This document shows positions 25,263-37,800 of a stretch of 64,000 nt of DNA, one piece after another. Under the pieces are notes generated by a model. That model made no database searches. It was not told the origin of the DNA and was given only the letters and a program-made list of their open reading frames with translations. A program made the position numbers and the translations under genes. The number at the start of each line of letters is the position of its first letter. Position 1 is the stretch's first letter. The DNA comes from Stegostoma tigrinum (Eukaryota), in assembly GCF_030684315.1 (NCBI RefSeq), contig NC_081358.1:2976001-3040000 (forward strand), in the 5' to 3' direction.

Positions 25263-26743
25263 AATCCATGCTCCTCCAGTTTGCATGTTGCATCATTGTG
25301 GCACTGGAGAAGGCCCAGGATGTCATCAAAGGAGACTGCATCCATTGCTCACAGTGTGGCCTCTTCTACATCGGTGAGACCAAACGCAGGCTCGGGACCA
25401 TTTTCTGAAGCATCTGCGGTCTGTACACGGTAATTAACAACACCTTCCAGTTGCCAACCATTTTAACTTCCCCTCCCATCCCACTGAGGGTAAATATATG
25501 TGGTCGGTCATGTATCTGAGGCGGGCCCTTTGTTTTGAATTGTGAGGGGCAATTTTCGGTATGACATGAGTTAGCCTGTAAGTTCACATTGAGTTCCAGC
25601 TTCGATTGGAATGAGATAGAAGGTTCTAGAGTTATTCATAAAACATTTCAGATCAATTTTCATATATTCTTATTTTAAAATGTAGGAAGAGGACAACGAG
25701 TTAAACTGCGAAAACACGCACAGATGCAGCAGATTGTTTCTGTGAAAATGCAACGTGGCTGAACCGCAGTTATCCTGAACCTTATTTGGAAATGAAATGC
25801 GACAATGTCTCGGCACCACACCAGGAAAGAGAAACCAGTCGGCATTAGTCAAGAATGGGGATGAGGCAAAGGCTTTGCAGAGGAGATGGGATGAGACCTG
25901 GGAAAATCTGGAGTGGTGAGACCGGGGTGGAGTGTGCACAACCAGGGTGCTTGTCGAAAACAGGCGATTTCTGAATTCAAGTAATGTACTGTCTTCGTGA
26001 AATACAATGTATACACATCCAGTTAATACTTGTTAAATTCCGGTTCCGGAATCTTTTCCTGGATTGACTCACCTAATGTTGGCTCAAAAAAGGATCGTTG
26101 ACCTGGACCTAAAGCTCCTGATATTATTTCGTTCAAATAATCTACCACAACAGCATGAAAATGACACATGTTTCGGCAAAGTCTCATTCATTCACAATGT
26201 AAGGACTTAAGTAATGAAGACAGATTACACAGTCATGGTTCGCATTCCCTTGATCTCAGATGATTTAGAATTAGTCTGTTTTATCGACTTGAAATTAGAG
26301 AGATTTGGGAGAGGGTAGATTAGGAATAACAAATTTCTCTGCTGGTTAGGAGTCCAGAAAGATTGGACGAAATCGTAAATTTAGAGGCCGGTCGCTCAGG
26401 AGTGATTCCAGAAAGCACTGAGCAGTGGCATTCTCTCCCCCTAAAATACAGTGATGTTCAGGATCAAATTAAACTTCATGATTCTGCTGTTGGCGTTTCC
26501 ACCTTCACTGGGCCCACCTTTTGTTTCTGTTCACTTCCCATTACCATCACCGTTCCCTTTGCCCTCCCATCCCTTCTGTTATTTAACTCCCCTTTCCTCC
26601 AGCCGGTCACAGTGAAAGCTCCCCCTTCCCTGTTTCCCTGCCTTCTTACGGGCTTAACACTCTGTCAATGTCTAAACGCTTTCCTGCTCAGGTCTCTGAA
26701 GTAGTAACTCTGTTTCTGTCTCACCACAGGTGCTGCTTCAGTA

Positions 26744-27073
26744 TAGAACATAGAACATTACAGCACAGTACAGGCCCTTCGGCCTTCGATGTTGTGCCGA
26801 CCTGTCATACCAATCTGAAGCCCATCTAACCTACACTATTCCATGTACGTCCATATGCTTATCCAATGACGACTTAAATGTACCTAAAGTTGGCGAATCT
26901 ACTACCGTTGCAGGCAAAGCGTTCCATTCCCTTACTACTCTCTAAGTAAAGAAACTACCTCTGACATCTGTCCTATATCTTTCACCCCTCAATTTAAAGC
27001 TATGCCCCCTCGTGCTCGCCGTCACCATCCTAGGAAAAAGGCTCTCCCTAACCACCCTATCTAACCCTCTGAT
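26744..27073 (-). mobile_element. Young CR1 3' fragment in the V2 upstream region
   Basis: (TAGAACA)2 tail; absent from the paralogous site upstream of V6 (~46675). Confidence 0.92.
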
Positions 27074-27140
27074 TATTTCCAACATTTTCTGTTTATATTG
27101 CAAAGAACCAACTTGGAGGGCAGGAGGCGGGCTTGAAACC

Positions 27141-27180
27141 CTGATCAATATCTCACTGATTGGTTTGAAGGAAGTGAATC
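27141..27180 (+). promoter_or_regulatory. V2-family promoter motifs (inverted CCAAT, ETS GGAAGT)
   Basis: CAATATCTCACTGATTGGTTTGAAGGAAGTG is conserved at V6 (46741-46780). ATTGG is kept but the ETS site is lost at V8 (~63835-63870). Confidence 0.45.
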
Positions 27181-27236
27181 GTTTCCTTTTAGTCTCTAAC
27201 CAGCAGCTGGAGAGAACAGTTGAAGATTGAGTGAAC

Positions 27237-27674
27237 ATGTCGCTGTACTGCTGGCTCATTGCGGTAACCGCTTTGCCCTGTATGTGTTTCTGACGCTATT
27301 ATTCAGATCCCGCTGTTCATTCACATCCATCACATCGTTCCTTTGTAACCCTGTATATTCTTTCCTCAGGCGGATATTTTGCACAAACACTGAAACAGAT
27401 TGTCCCATCCATTACCAAAAATGTGGGTAAAACCGCTAGATTCAAATGCGAAGTCGAAGGTGCAACTATCAGTAATAGCAATCCCCTTCACTGGTACCAG
27501 CAAAAGCCGGGCCAGGCACCCACCCGAATCCTTTATTATGGAGCAGGCGCAACGTGGGATCCGGGATTCGGTGAACGGTTCAAAGCCGGGAAATCTAACA
27601 ACAAAGTATTCTACCTCACAATCGACAAACTAGAGCCAGAGGACACCGCCACCTATTACTGTGCGTACTGGATA
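27237..27674 (+). CDS. TRGV: TCR gamma-like V segment V2 (leader 27237-27279, intron 27280-27369, V exon 27370-27674)
   Basis: Leader MSLYCWLIAVTALP, GTATGT...TTTCCTCAG intron, exon AQTLKQ...RFKC...LHWYQQKPGQAP...EDTATYYCAYWI. Confidence 0.92.
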
Positions 27675-27713
27675 CACAGTGCAACACATCAATACAAAGT
27701 TTGTACAAAAACA
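27675..27713 (+). other. 23-spacer RSS of V2
   Basis: CACAGTG, 23 nt spacer, ACAAAAACA. Confidence 0.93.
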
Positions 27714-28077
27714 CTGAACGATTTGAAGCGAAACATTTCGAGGAATTCACAGACTCCTCCCCTATTTGGGTAAAGTAGCGACGACACCACAGCTGGATCT
27801 GTGTTCGAGCTTCCTCCGTCTGAATTCGTGACATGGAGAGGATTGAGTTATATTGTGGAGTCCTTCCTTCAGGCAGCGAATTTCAGGGAGTGGGCATACA
27901 TGCCATCCGCTGGAGCAGTGTGAACCCTCCAAAGTGAAATGGTTACAGGAGTGTATCGGGAGAGCCTGGGTGTGTTCGCCAGCTCTGGTCCCACTGCAGC
28001 AATAAAAGAGACATCGACATGTAACATCCCAATCATGCGGTGTTTTCGGCTGAGTAAGCTGAGATGCAAAATAATGT

Positions 28078-28213
28078 GATCAGAGATAATGGGAACTGCA
28101 GATGCTGGACAATCCAAGATAACAAAGTGTGGAGCTGGATGAACACAGCAGGCCAAGCAGCATCTCAGGAGCTCTGCTTGGCCTTCTGTGTTCATCCAGC
28201 TTCACACTTTGTT
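28078..28213. mobile_element. Mini palindromic PLE end with 14-bp TSD
   Basis: TSD ATGCAAAATAATGT at 28064-28077 and 28214-28227. Confidence 0.8.
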
Positions 28214-28339
28214 ATGCAAAATAATGTCTTTGTTTTATTTGGAGTAACTTGTGATCTGTGGTGCTCCGCCTAAAAGGACGGTGAAAACTGTTTCAGTAGT
28301 CACTTTCGAACATAGACTAAGGACTTGAAATTATGCAGG

Positions 28340-29200
28340 GAATTGGTGAGGACACACCCAGAACATTATGTCGAAATTTGATCTCCTTATTTGAAGAACG
28401 ATGCTGCTGTTCTAGAGAGAGTGCAGTAACAGTTTACCAAGTTGATTCCTGGGATGGTAGGACTGACGTATGACCAGAGATTGACTCGGCTAGGATTGTA
28501 CTCACTGAAATTTAGCATCATGAGTTAGGACCTTATAGAAACGTACAGAAGTCTAAAAGAACGATACATGTTGGATGCAGGAAAGATGTTCCTCATGATA
28601 AGCAAGTTCAGACCAAAAGTCACAATTTAAAGATAAAGATAAGGTAATTTTGAATCTTATAGAAACATATAAAATTATGAAGGGAATAGATAAGATAAAA
28701 GTAGAGAGGATGCTCCCACTGACAGGTGAAGATAGGAAAAGCAGGCATAGCGTTAAGAGTAGAGGGAGCAGATTTAGGACTGAATTGAGAAAGAACTTCT
28801 TCACCCAGAGGGTTGTTAATCTGTGGAATTCCTTGCCCAGTGAAGTAGTTGACGCTACTTCAGTAAACGTTTTTAAAGCTAAGGTAGATTTTTTTGATCA
28901 ATAAAGGAATTAAGGGATACAGTGAGAGCGCGGGTAAGTGGATCTGTGTCTACGAAAAGATCTATTGACTGGCGGGGCAGGCTCGAAGGGCCAGATGGCC
29001 TACTCCTGCCCCTAGTTCTTATGTTCTTATGTAAAGATCTAATAGGACGGAGATGAGAAAAAAAATGCTTTAACCAGAGAATGGTGAATCAATGGAATTC
29101 TTTGATACATAAAGTGTATGAGTCTACGTATCGAATGTTTTAAGAAAGAAGTATATGCCGCTCTTGTGCTTAAAGGGATCGGAAATATGGGATGTGGGAT
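28340..29200 (+). mobile_element. Old CR1 3' fragment with a younger CR1 3' end nested at ~28650-29032
   Basis: LIETYKIMKG...FFTQRVVNLWNSLP; TTCTTATG tail. Confidence 0.8.
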
Positions 29201-29427
29201 GGGGGAGGAAGAAATTAGAATATTAACTTCCATGTCAGCCATTTGAGGAAACATGAAGTGCCGAGGAAATGCGACATGGGGAAATGCCAGATAAGGTTAA
29301 TCAAGACAATGCATCAAGAGCCCGTAGCGGCATTGTTTTACATCGCCTGTATTCGGGATGCGAATTATTTCCTGTTTGGCGACCTGTTTTAACACTGTGA
29401 ATGCAGCCTAATCGTCATTGCTGCACC

Positions 29428-30148
29428 ATGTCGTTTCCTTGTCTGGTGGTTCTGTTGATGCTTTCCCCCAGTGAGTGCGACAGTTCGAGCCATCAACTTA
29501 TAGAAAGAGACCATCCCGCCCGTCCTATTTGTGCCGCTTCTCTCCACAAAAACTCCGCCTGTCCCAACGTCCCACCTTTTTTCCATTAGTTGTGCATTTC
29601 TTTCCTTTTCTCCAGTTTCTCCAATCCTCTTTTGAAACCGGGGGCGAATCTGCCCGCGGCCGGTGCAATCCACATCCTAAACACTTGTTGCGTGAAAGTT
29701 TTTCCTTCATGTTGCTTCTTTTACCGATATTCTTCAACCTGTTCCTTCTGTACGTTGGCCTTTCCATTCACTGGCACTGTTCCTCCCTATCCACTTTCTT
29801 TCTGATTTCAGCCGATCTCCTCAGCTACTTGACTTGTCGATATTTTTTGTTTGCAGGTGAACATTTTGCCGAGGTCTTGCATCAGTTTCCAATATCGGTC
29901 ACTAGGCCCAAGGCTACAACGATCAAAATGCAATGCGTGGCACAAAACACAGAAACCATCCATTGGTACCAGAACCGACCCAACCAGGCGCCGAGGAGAT
30001 TAATCTATTTCAGCAAAAACAGAGCTGTATTGGACCCGGGAATCCCCTCCAAGTTCTCAGCTGAGAAAAGTGTCTCTTCATTCTTCCTTGTAATTGATAA
30101 CATTGAACAGTCCGATGATGCCATCTATTACTGTGCCTATTGGATCCT
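29428..30148 (+). CDS. TRGV: TCR gamma-like V segment V3 (leader 29428-29470, 386-bp intron 29471-29856, V exon 29857-30148)
   Basis: Leader MSFPCLVVLLMLSP, GTGAGT donor, TTGCAG acceptor, exon ...KMQC...IHWYQNRPNQAPRRLIYF...DDAIYYCAYWI. Confidence 0.88.
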
Positions 30149-30188
30149 CACAGTGAGAAACAACCATAAGAAGCTCATTACAAAAACC
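30149..30188 (+). other. RSS of V3 with 24-bp spacer
   Basis: CACAGTG 30149-30155, 24 nt spacer, perfect ACAAAAACC 30180-30188. Confidence 0.88.
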
Positions 30189-32869
30189 CCAACGCAGCCG
30201 CACAAGTTTCCAGGCACAAGTGGAGTCTTTTTACTGAAACTCCAAATCGCAAAATCAAATTCAGAATTAACTTCAATGACAATATTTAAAGCCGAGACAA
30301 ATATAATGGAGTTTTGAATTCAAGGACTCATGTGCAAAGAGGGAACAGAGCGATGTTTTGGAGGGATTCAGTCTCTCTGATGCCTCATTAGGGTGACACA
30401 TCTTGAAGGAACAATTTCAGTTATTTCATCTACTGGAGTTCGCTCAGCTCGCCTGACCTTTCCTCTGGGGTACGTGAATCTGAGAATCTTTGCGACATAT
30501 GGCCTGTTGGTTTTAGTCGTGTATTTAACAGCGAACAATTTTTTTTTTAGCTTTTTTTGTTCTCAGCATCTCTCATGAGGTAATCAATTGTTCTGAATCA
30601 GTTTGTACAAATTATTCAGTGGAAAAAAACTTTAAATACCCAAGAACAACATGGATATTCGTAGCCAATTATTCATTAGTTAATAAATCATTTAGCAGAT
30701 CTTCCTTGCTTGCTTTAACAATTCATTTCGGCGGCAGCTATGCTCTAGGTATGAATTCTAAACCATCTCTACACAAGAGTACGTTTCAATTCCTTCCTCT
30801 GAATTTCCCGCTGGACTTTACGCCGTCTGTTTGAGAATTAATGCGCACATATCACGAGCAATTATTTATTTCCTCCATTTTGAAAAAGACATTATTCCCA
30901 ATGTTTTCCCCAAACAGCATCAGAGCCAACTTTCTGAGCACTAATTCCAAATAATTAATAATCAAATAAACAGGCACCGCGAAACTATTGATACTATAAC
31001 TCATTTTCAATTTTGTTTGTGGAGTCCTGCACTAAAAAGAAGACATAGCCAACGGTTGATGAATGGCATGTTATTTTTTGTTGATTTCTCGTGTATATTT
31101 TAGAAGAAGGGTCTTACAAACAGTTCACATGTAAATCTCCCGACAATTATTATTTTTCCATGTGCGTTTGCTGAATACAAATCAAACTCGGGTGTTTTCA
31201 CGCTGCCCGACAATGCTCTTCCAGGGCTTGAGGCACATTGTTAGTCCTTAGTTTCTGGAGTTTAGTCAGATGTACGGCCCTGCTACTGGTAGTTACCGGC
31301 ACCACATAGGGTTCTGTGCCAGAGACGAGTGACCCGAAGCCAAGATTCCCGTCAATCCTGGTGTCTTTTCACTAGGGTGGGAGATTTCGTGACTAGAGGG
31401 AGTAGGAGATGAGGGGTGACAGGAAAAGAGTTTTTAAAAGACACGAGGGATTTTTTTTAACAAGAGCGGTTGGTGTGTGGAATGAAGTTTCAAAGGAAGT
31501 GGTGGGTGCGGGTACAGTTATGACGTTAGGAAGACTTCTAGGTGAGTACATGAAAAGGAAATGTTTGGAGGAAAATGGGCGAAGTGCAGGCAGATAGGAC
31601 TAGTTTATTGCGGGATTACGTTCGGCATGGACTGATTGGGACGAAGGGTTTGTTTCGTGCTGCATGTTTCAATGACTGTATAACTCATTTTCATTTGCAT
31701 TTTGTTTCACTCAGGCTGTTCACTCAACCTCGTAGCGGGTTCGTGAATGATTGGTGTGTTGTTAAGCTTGCTGTATTGCTCACTGTATCATTGTCATCTG
31801 GAAATGAACGACAAACAGGCTATCCTGAGCATGTAAACAGAACTGAAGAAGGGTCCTGATCCAAAACGTCAACATTCCTATTCCTCTGATGCTGCCTGGC
31901 CTGTTGTGTTCCTGCAGCTCCACACTGTGTTATTTCTGACTCCAGCATCAGTTTGGGTAGAGATTGTCGAAGGTTCACAACCTGCAATGACGACGTTTCT
32001 CCTCAGCGTACTCCAGAACAAGCAATTCCTTATCCTGAAGTTTTGGCCCCTTCCGCCCTCGTTCCAGATCCTCCAACAAACGGCAACAAGACTTGTGTCT
32101 AACCCTGTCAAGACCTTTCAGAATATTTTGTGTTTCAATTCAATCACCAAACTCCAGAGCGCATAGAGGCAGTATAGTCAACCTCTCATTTTCGGGCATC
32201 CCTTTCTTTCCAGCAATTAATGAAATGAACATTTGCTGTACTGCCTCCTATGAAGATGTATTGAAGTATTCTAGATGCAGTCTCAGCAAAGGCACGTGAA
32301 TTTGCAGCAAGGCATCCTCAGTCTTGCATCTGTTGCCACCGCATGAACGGCAAACGCATGATTTACTTGCCTAATTGTTTGCTAAGCCAAAACGCTAATT
32401 TTCTGTGTTCATTGCACACTCACAGCCAACCTTCCCTGCACTTCATTTTCAAGGTGTGTGTGAAACAGAGAAAGTGAGAAAAATATAATGCACAGAACAT
32501 CAGAGAAGGTAGGAAAAGAAGAGCAAGAGTAAAATAGAGAGAACATGAGAGATAAACAAGTAAAGACAATGTAAAGCAGGAAGAGAGGACATGGCGAGAG
32601 AAAGGAAAAGCCAGATGAAATGGAGGACGACCGCGAGAATGAGAAGGGGCAGGAGAAAGCAAAAGAGACATTGAGAGATAAAGGCTGAGACCTAAAAGCG
32701 AAAGGAAAGGGAGAGATGACAGAGAAGAGAAAAAGATAGGAGCTCGTGGATGGGAGAGACAGAGTTATGCATCCGGTAAAAGCAACGGAATGCGCATTTA
32801 TTGTATGAGTTACTTTGAAAAAAAATCCAAAAATGATGTTGAAGGAGGATCCGTTGTAGATTCAATTCC

Positions 32870-33170
32870 CAACTACCAAATGCAGCAAATAGCATTGGCA
32901 ATAAACTGCTTGCCTTGAACAGACAAAAGAATGATTGCAGGTCACAGGAGATATTGGACAAGCTTTAAGGACCTCTGGCCAGACCAGATCGAGTAATATT
33001 GCCATCTCTGGTTACCCAGACAAGATGGCACTGGGTACCGTGATAGTAGACAGTAGAGAGTCATATGATTGCTTTCAATATAAGCAGTTTGAGCTACACA
33101 CAAAGATTGAGGGTATTTTCGGTTCTAGGTTCTGACAGAGTTTGGAGTGGGGCAGAGAAATCTTCTCCAT
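32870..33170 (-). pseudogene. Probable highly degenerate inverted V relic (copy A)
   Basis: Minus strand has a TTTTGGACAG acceptor-like site, then QNLEPKIPSIF (cf. V2 QTLKQIVPSIT), CTACTATCACGGTAC (cf. ACTATCCACTGGTAC) and a terminal GCTATTTGCTGCATTTGG (cf. YYCAxW). It has stops and frameshifts and no RSS. A paralog lies at 52.7-53.0 kb. Confidence 0.4.
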
Positions 33171-33825
33171 CTGTCCAAAATTGTTAATAGAATAGGAAAG
33201 GCAGACATGTGGTGCAGTGGTAGTACTCCTACATCTGTACATGGAGATCTGGTTCAGGTCCCCTGCTCCAAAGGTGTGTGATAACATTTCTGAGCAAGTT
33301 GATGAGCATATAAAAAAATGTAGATCGGTAATAAAAACAGAAATTACTGGAAGATCTCAGCTGGTGTGGGGGGTGCGGTGACCCTTGGTCAGAACTACAT
33401 ACCTGTATTAAACTGTTAGAATGGGACATGGAAACATAGAAAAATCTATAAGCAAAAGTCCTGCGCAAAAATAGAAAGCAACTTTCGCAGTGAGTGATCA
33501 ACATGTTTGATTTGATTTTAATTATTACTGTCACAAGCACCTAGTTACAGTGATAGGTTTTGTTTTGGATGCAGTATAGGCAGGTCATATCATGCATTAG
33601 CGTAATAGAGCGACGGATGCATTGTGATCGCAGCAGAGAAGGTGCACAAAGAGCAAGAACAACATTAAATTTAAAATTGAGAGGTCCATTCAGAAGTGTA
33701 ATAAGAGCGGGGAAGAAACTGTTCCTGAATTTGTTGGCACGCGTGCAGCTTTTGTGTCTTCTACCAGACAGAAAAGGTTGGAAGTCACTAAAACCGGGTG
33801 GGACATGTGTTTGAATACGTTCGGT

Positions 33826-34003
33826 GATAACGGGAACTGCAGATGCTGGAGAATCCAAGGTAATAAAATGTGAGGCTGGATGAACACAGCAGGCCCAGCA
33901 GCATCTCAGGAGCACATCTGATGAAGGGTCTAGGCCCGAAACGTCAGCTTTTGTGCTCCTGAGATGCGGCTGGGCCTGCTGTGTTCATCCAGCCTCACAT
34001 TTT
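33826..34003. mobile_element. Mini palindromic PLE end upstream of V4
   Basis: Inverted termini; hammerhead at 33918-33945; TGTTTGAATAYGTT on both flanks. Confidence 0.8.
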
Positions 34004-34332
34004 AGTATGTTGTTTGAATATGTTGGCTGCTTTCCCGAGGCAGCGACAAGTATAGATGGTAGAAGAAAATTATTGCAGATGCTGGAATCTGTACTGAAAA
34101 CCAAAAAAAAATGCTGGAGATCACAGTGGGTCAGGTAGCGTCCGTGGAGAGAAAGCAGGCTGACGTTCCGAGTCTAGATGACTTTTCGTGAGAGAAGTCA
34201 ATGCGTTGACTGGTGTGTTGGACTGGGCGGTGTTGGCGGACGGGTTTAAAGAAAATGTCAATAAGGCCCACCCATTCAATGTAAACGTCATCCTTGAGGC
34301 TACACGAAGGCTCAACTTTGGGTGAAATAGAT

Positions 34333-34347
34333 TTACGTCATTTCCGG
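34333..34347 (+). promoter_or_regulatory. CRE/ATF plus ETS composite motif upstream of V4
   Basis: TTACGTCA-TTTCCGG about 65-80 bp before the ATG. Similar GTCATTTCCTG upstream of V1 (~18182) and ATCATTTCCGG upstream of pseudo-V7 (~53403). Confidence 0.5.
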
Positions 34348-34411
34348 TATTGCATTGGCCCGTTGAGGGCTTTCGGCAAATCTGAATCAGTTCTGTGTTG
34401 ACCACATCAAC

Positions 34412-34859
34412 ATGAAGGGTCACACTCTTGCGATTTTACTAACCGCTCTCCTCGGTCAGTACAACAAGTTCTCGCTGATTATTTCCATTGTTTAACGTTC
34501 TGTAGCCTCTGTGTTAACAAATTACCTGATCTGCATTTCTCTCACTCGCAGGGAAATCTGTCGCTCAAACGTTGACTCAGTCTCCAATATCAATGACCAG
34601 AGCTCCGGGGAAGACTGTACGGTTTGAATGTAAGTTTGAAGGGAGCGATTTCGACAATGCGGCCATCCACTGGTACCGGCACATCCCGGGTCAAGGTCCA
34701 CAGCGCGTTTTATATTTCAAGAATCCGTCTTATCATAAACAAGACATCACCGACAAAATACAGTTTGCTGAGAAAAGGTCTGCGACCAAAACGTGCAGCT
34801 TGCTCATGAGGAATATCAAGGAGGATGACTCTGGGGTTTATTACTGTGCTTTCTGGGCT
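34412..34859 (+). CDS. TRGV: TCR gamma-like V segment V4 (leader 34412-34454, intron 34455-34551, V exon 34552-34859)
   Basis: Leader MKGHTLAILLTALL, GTCAGT...CGCAG intron, exon AQTLTQSPISMT...RFEC...IHWYRH...DDSGVYYCAFWA. Confidence 0.92.
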
Positions 34860-34898
34860 CACAGTGACAGAACATTGGGGGGATCCCACGCAAAAAGA
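34860..34898 (+). other. 23-spacer RSS of V4
   Basis: CACAGTG, 23 nt spacer, GCAAAAAGA. Confidence 0.9.
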
Positions 34899-37800
34899 GA
34901 TCGCTTTCCTGCTGATTGTTTGCAAACTGCTATCACACAAACGACAGGTGCAGCATTTGGAGAGTTTTACCAGCTTTAAACTTCGCGCAGTACTGCACAG
35001 ATAATTCATTGGTTTAAGATGTCCTCTGAAGTGTACTATTAAACTTGGGAGAATAAAATTATTTTGCTAATCCAGTGGGATTTAGTAAGGATAGATCTGA
35101 CTGTTCTATAAATGGACATAACAACCCACTTACTGTATTAACGAACAGATCCGTTCATTTATCATCTTTGAGAAAACGCAATAATACTTTTCAAAGCCTT
35201 CTGTTGTCAAACGACTATCAATGAATATGCCACCAAAACTAACGAACTAGATCCAATATATATTGCAGTAACATCCAAAAAAAAATGGACTGGGGGAGCT
35301 ATTCAGCTTGGAGAGTCTGTTCTGACACACCGTGATTTTTAATGGTGCTCGTGACCCAAACCAACCATGGATCCTCATCCGTAAAATGGAAAGAATACTG
35401 AAGATAATGTTACAATTCTAGTAATCTCGAGCTTTTGACTAAGGTTCTGAATACAAACGAGGTTGAGGGAATACATTTTTAAAATATTGGATTCAGTAAT
35501 ACAATTAAATTACTAGATTACCTTAAAAAGCAATTGAGTTTGCGAGTAATTATTAGTGCATGAAACCTGTCATCCCATGCGTGAAACAACAGCGTGAATA
35601 ACCAAAGCAGTCTATGAACTGCTGCAGTGAAGTGAATTAAGAATAATACAGGAGAATCGATTGCCTTTGACATTAGATCTTGAAAGATACCTCTCACACA
35701 TCTGGGGTCTTGTGCACGTTGCCTGTTCAAGAAATGGAACGACGGAATCATTCCTTAAACCACTGTCCCAAACGTTACCTCTGAAACCCATGAATTTTCA
35801 TATAGATAGTTTTAAATTAGATAGTTCAGACACCTTTTAACACACCTTTGAAGTAGGTGGGACTTGAGACCGGAAGTCTGATTCAGAGGTAGGGGCACTA
35901 GCACTGCACCACATCATTGCTTAGAAATTGCATGTCATGGATTTTCATGGAATCTGATTAAAGATGAGAGGGAAACTTGTAGTTGATCATGATGTGCCCT
36001 CTTCAACTGATGAATGTGTTAAAACAGAACTCACCATTACTTATCTTAACAGCAAGGAAGCATTTAGCCAAGTATGGCATTAAGGATCCTCAGTAGAATT
36101 CAGGTCAATGTGATTAGTGGGCTGGGGTCTCTCCAATAGTTGGGATCATACACTGCACAGAGGGAGCTATCTGAGGTTGTTGAAAGCCAATTATTCCAGC
36201 TCTGAGACATGATCATGGGATGCCATCAGGGTGGTGATCTAACTCCAAACATCCCCAGTTGCTTCATCAATTCTCTCCATCATAAAATCAGAACTGATTT
36301 ACTGATGGCTGCAGTGTTCATAATCATTAATTACTCATCAGACATTGAATCTTTCTATGTCTATTTGTACCAGAACGTGGACAACATTCCGACTTGAGCT
36401 GACGAGTTCACACAAATGCTAAGCAATAACTGGCTGCAGCACAAGGGAATATAAGTACCTCACTGTGTTTTACATTACCATAACTAAGCCCAACAACAAC
36501 AACATCCTGGGGGCTACCATCGACTAGATAACTAGCTAGGCAACTATATAAACTCTGTGGTTAAAAGACAAGATAGATGCTGGGAATATTATGGAAAAAT
36601 TTCAACTCCTCACACCTTAAAGACTGCCCATCATACAGCTCACACATCAGCAGAAAAATGGAATTGTCTTCAGTTGCCTGGATGAGAGTGTTTATCACAA
36701 AATTCAAGAAGGTGAACACCATCCAAGGAAGAACAACCCACATAATTGGAACTCCATTCATCACTTCCCAACATTAATGTACAACAGTTGCACAGTGTAC
36801 CATGTGCAAGATGCTCTGTAGCATTCACCATGGCTCCTCTTCCAAACCCATGATCTCTAAAAGAGCAAACGTAGTAGGTGAATGGGAACATCACCATCCA
36901 TCAGATTTTCTGCAAATCTCACGCTGAACTGATTGGAAATATCTTAATGCTTTTCACCGTAATTGAATCAAAATACTAGTACTCCAACCATGATAATGCT
37001 GGGTGCACATACACTGCACTGTCTGCTGTGGGTTTAGAGTACACATCCCACAAAACAACTTTTAATAACCAAATATATTTAGCCCCAGACTTTCTCAATT
37101 GAAGGGAGTATAAAGCACTGAAAGAAACTCAATCTGGAGTGAAATAATAACAATAATTAAGAAAGTGGTATGTACAATTCCAAAGTGTTTTTTTAAAAAT
37201 AAAGAAATCTGACTTGGAAAGGAGATGGACGTGGTCTTGCTTGGGTACAGAAACTAAATGCTTTCTTTGATTTGCAACAATGATTATGAATTGCTCCAGA
37301 GTGTACCTTGTGGCACAAAGCTGATTCTATTTAGTTTATAAAGAGTGTTTGTGATGTTACAACTGCATGCTGAAAAATCTTTGATACTGTGTTATAAGAA
37401 AGTAGAAAGTTTTCCTATTTCTGTTGTTCATAAACTTTTCTTATGTATTATTCTCAAAATACATAAATGTGTGGAATTGATAATACCTTATGAAAGAAAA
37501 TAAGTTTTGTCCTGGCTGGAGTTTAGAAGAGTAAGTGGCAAGTATTTAAATATATAAGATTCTGAGGGATCTTGACAGGGATGTAGGAAAGATTTTCCCC
37601 ATTGTCAGAAAATCCAGGACTAGGCATCAATACTTAAACAAAGGGGTTACTAATTTAGGATAGAAATGAGGAGACCTTTATTTTCTCACATGGAATTGTG
37701 AATATTGGAATGTTTTCCCCAAATATTGATGGAAACAGATTATTTGTATAGTTTGCAGATGCAGTTAGATTATTCATAAGCAAAGGGATGAAAGGCTGTT

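Larger units (their letters stand above)
24060..36900 (+). repeat. Segmental duplication cassette A (paralogous to ~41180-57000; a third copy starts ~63400)
   Basis: Colinear matches: 24080-24118 with 41200-41232; 25950-26260 with 42515-42970 and 44915-45000; V2 with V6; V3 leader with 50790; 31950-33230 with 51800-53030; V4 with V7; 34970-36620 with 54480-56990. Confidence 0.85.

Noticed and set aside
26608-26614. CACAGTG upstream of V2 (also ~46540) as a D or J RSS
   Set aside because: No nonamer at 12 or 23 bp, and the heptamer is not kept in the V8 paralog.
29475-30317. 280-aa ORF containing an Ig domain
   Set aside because: Chance read-through of a pyrimidine-rich intron into the V3 exon and past the RSS; the real leader is 29428-29470.
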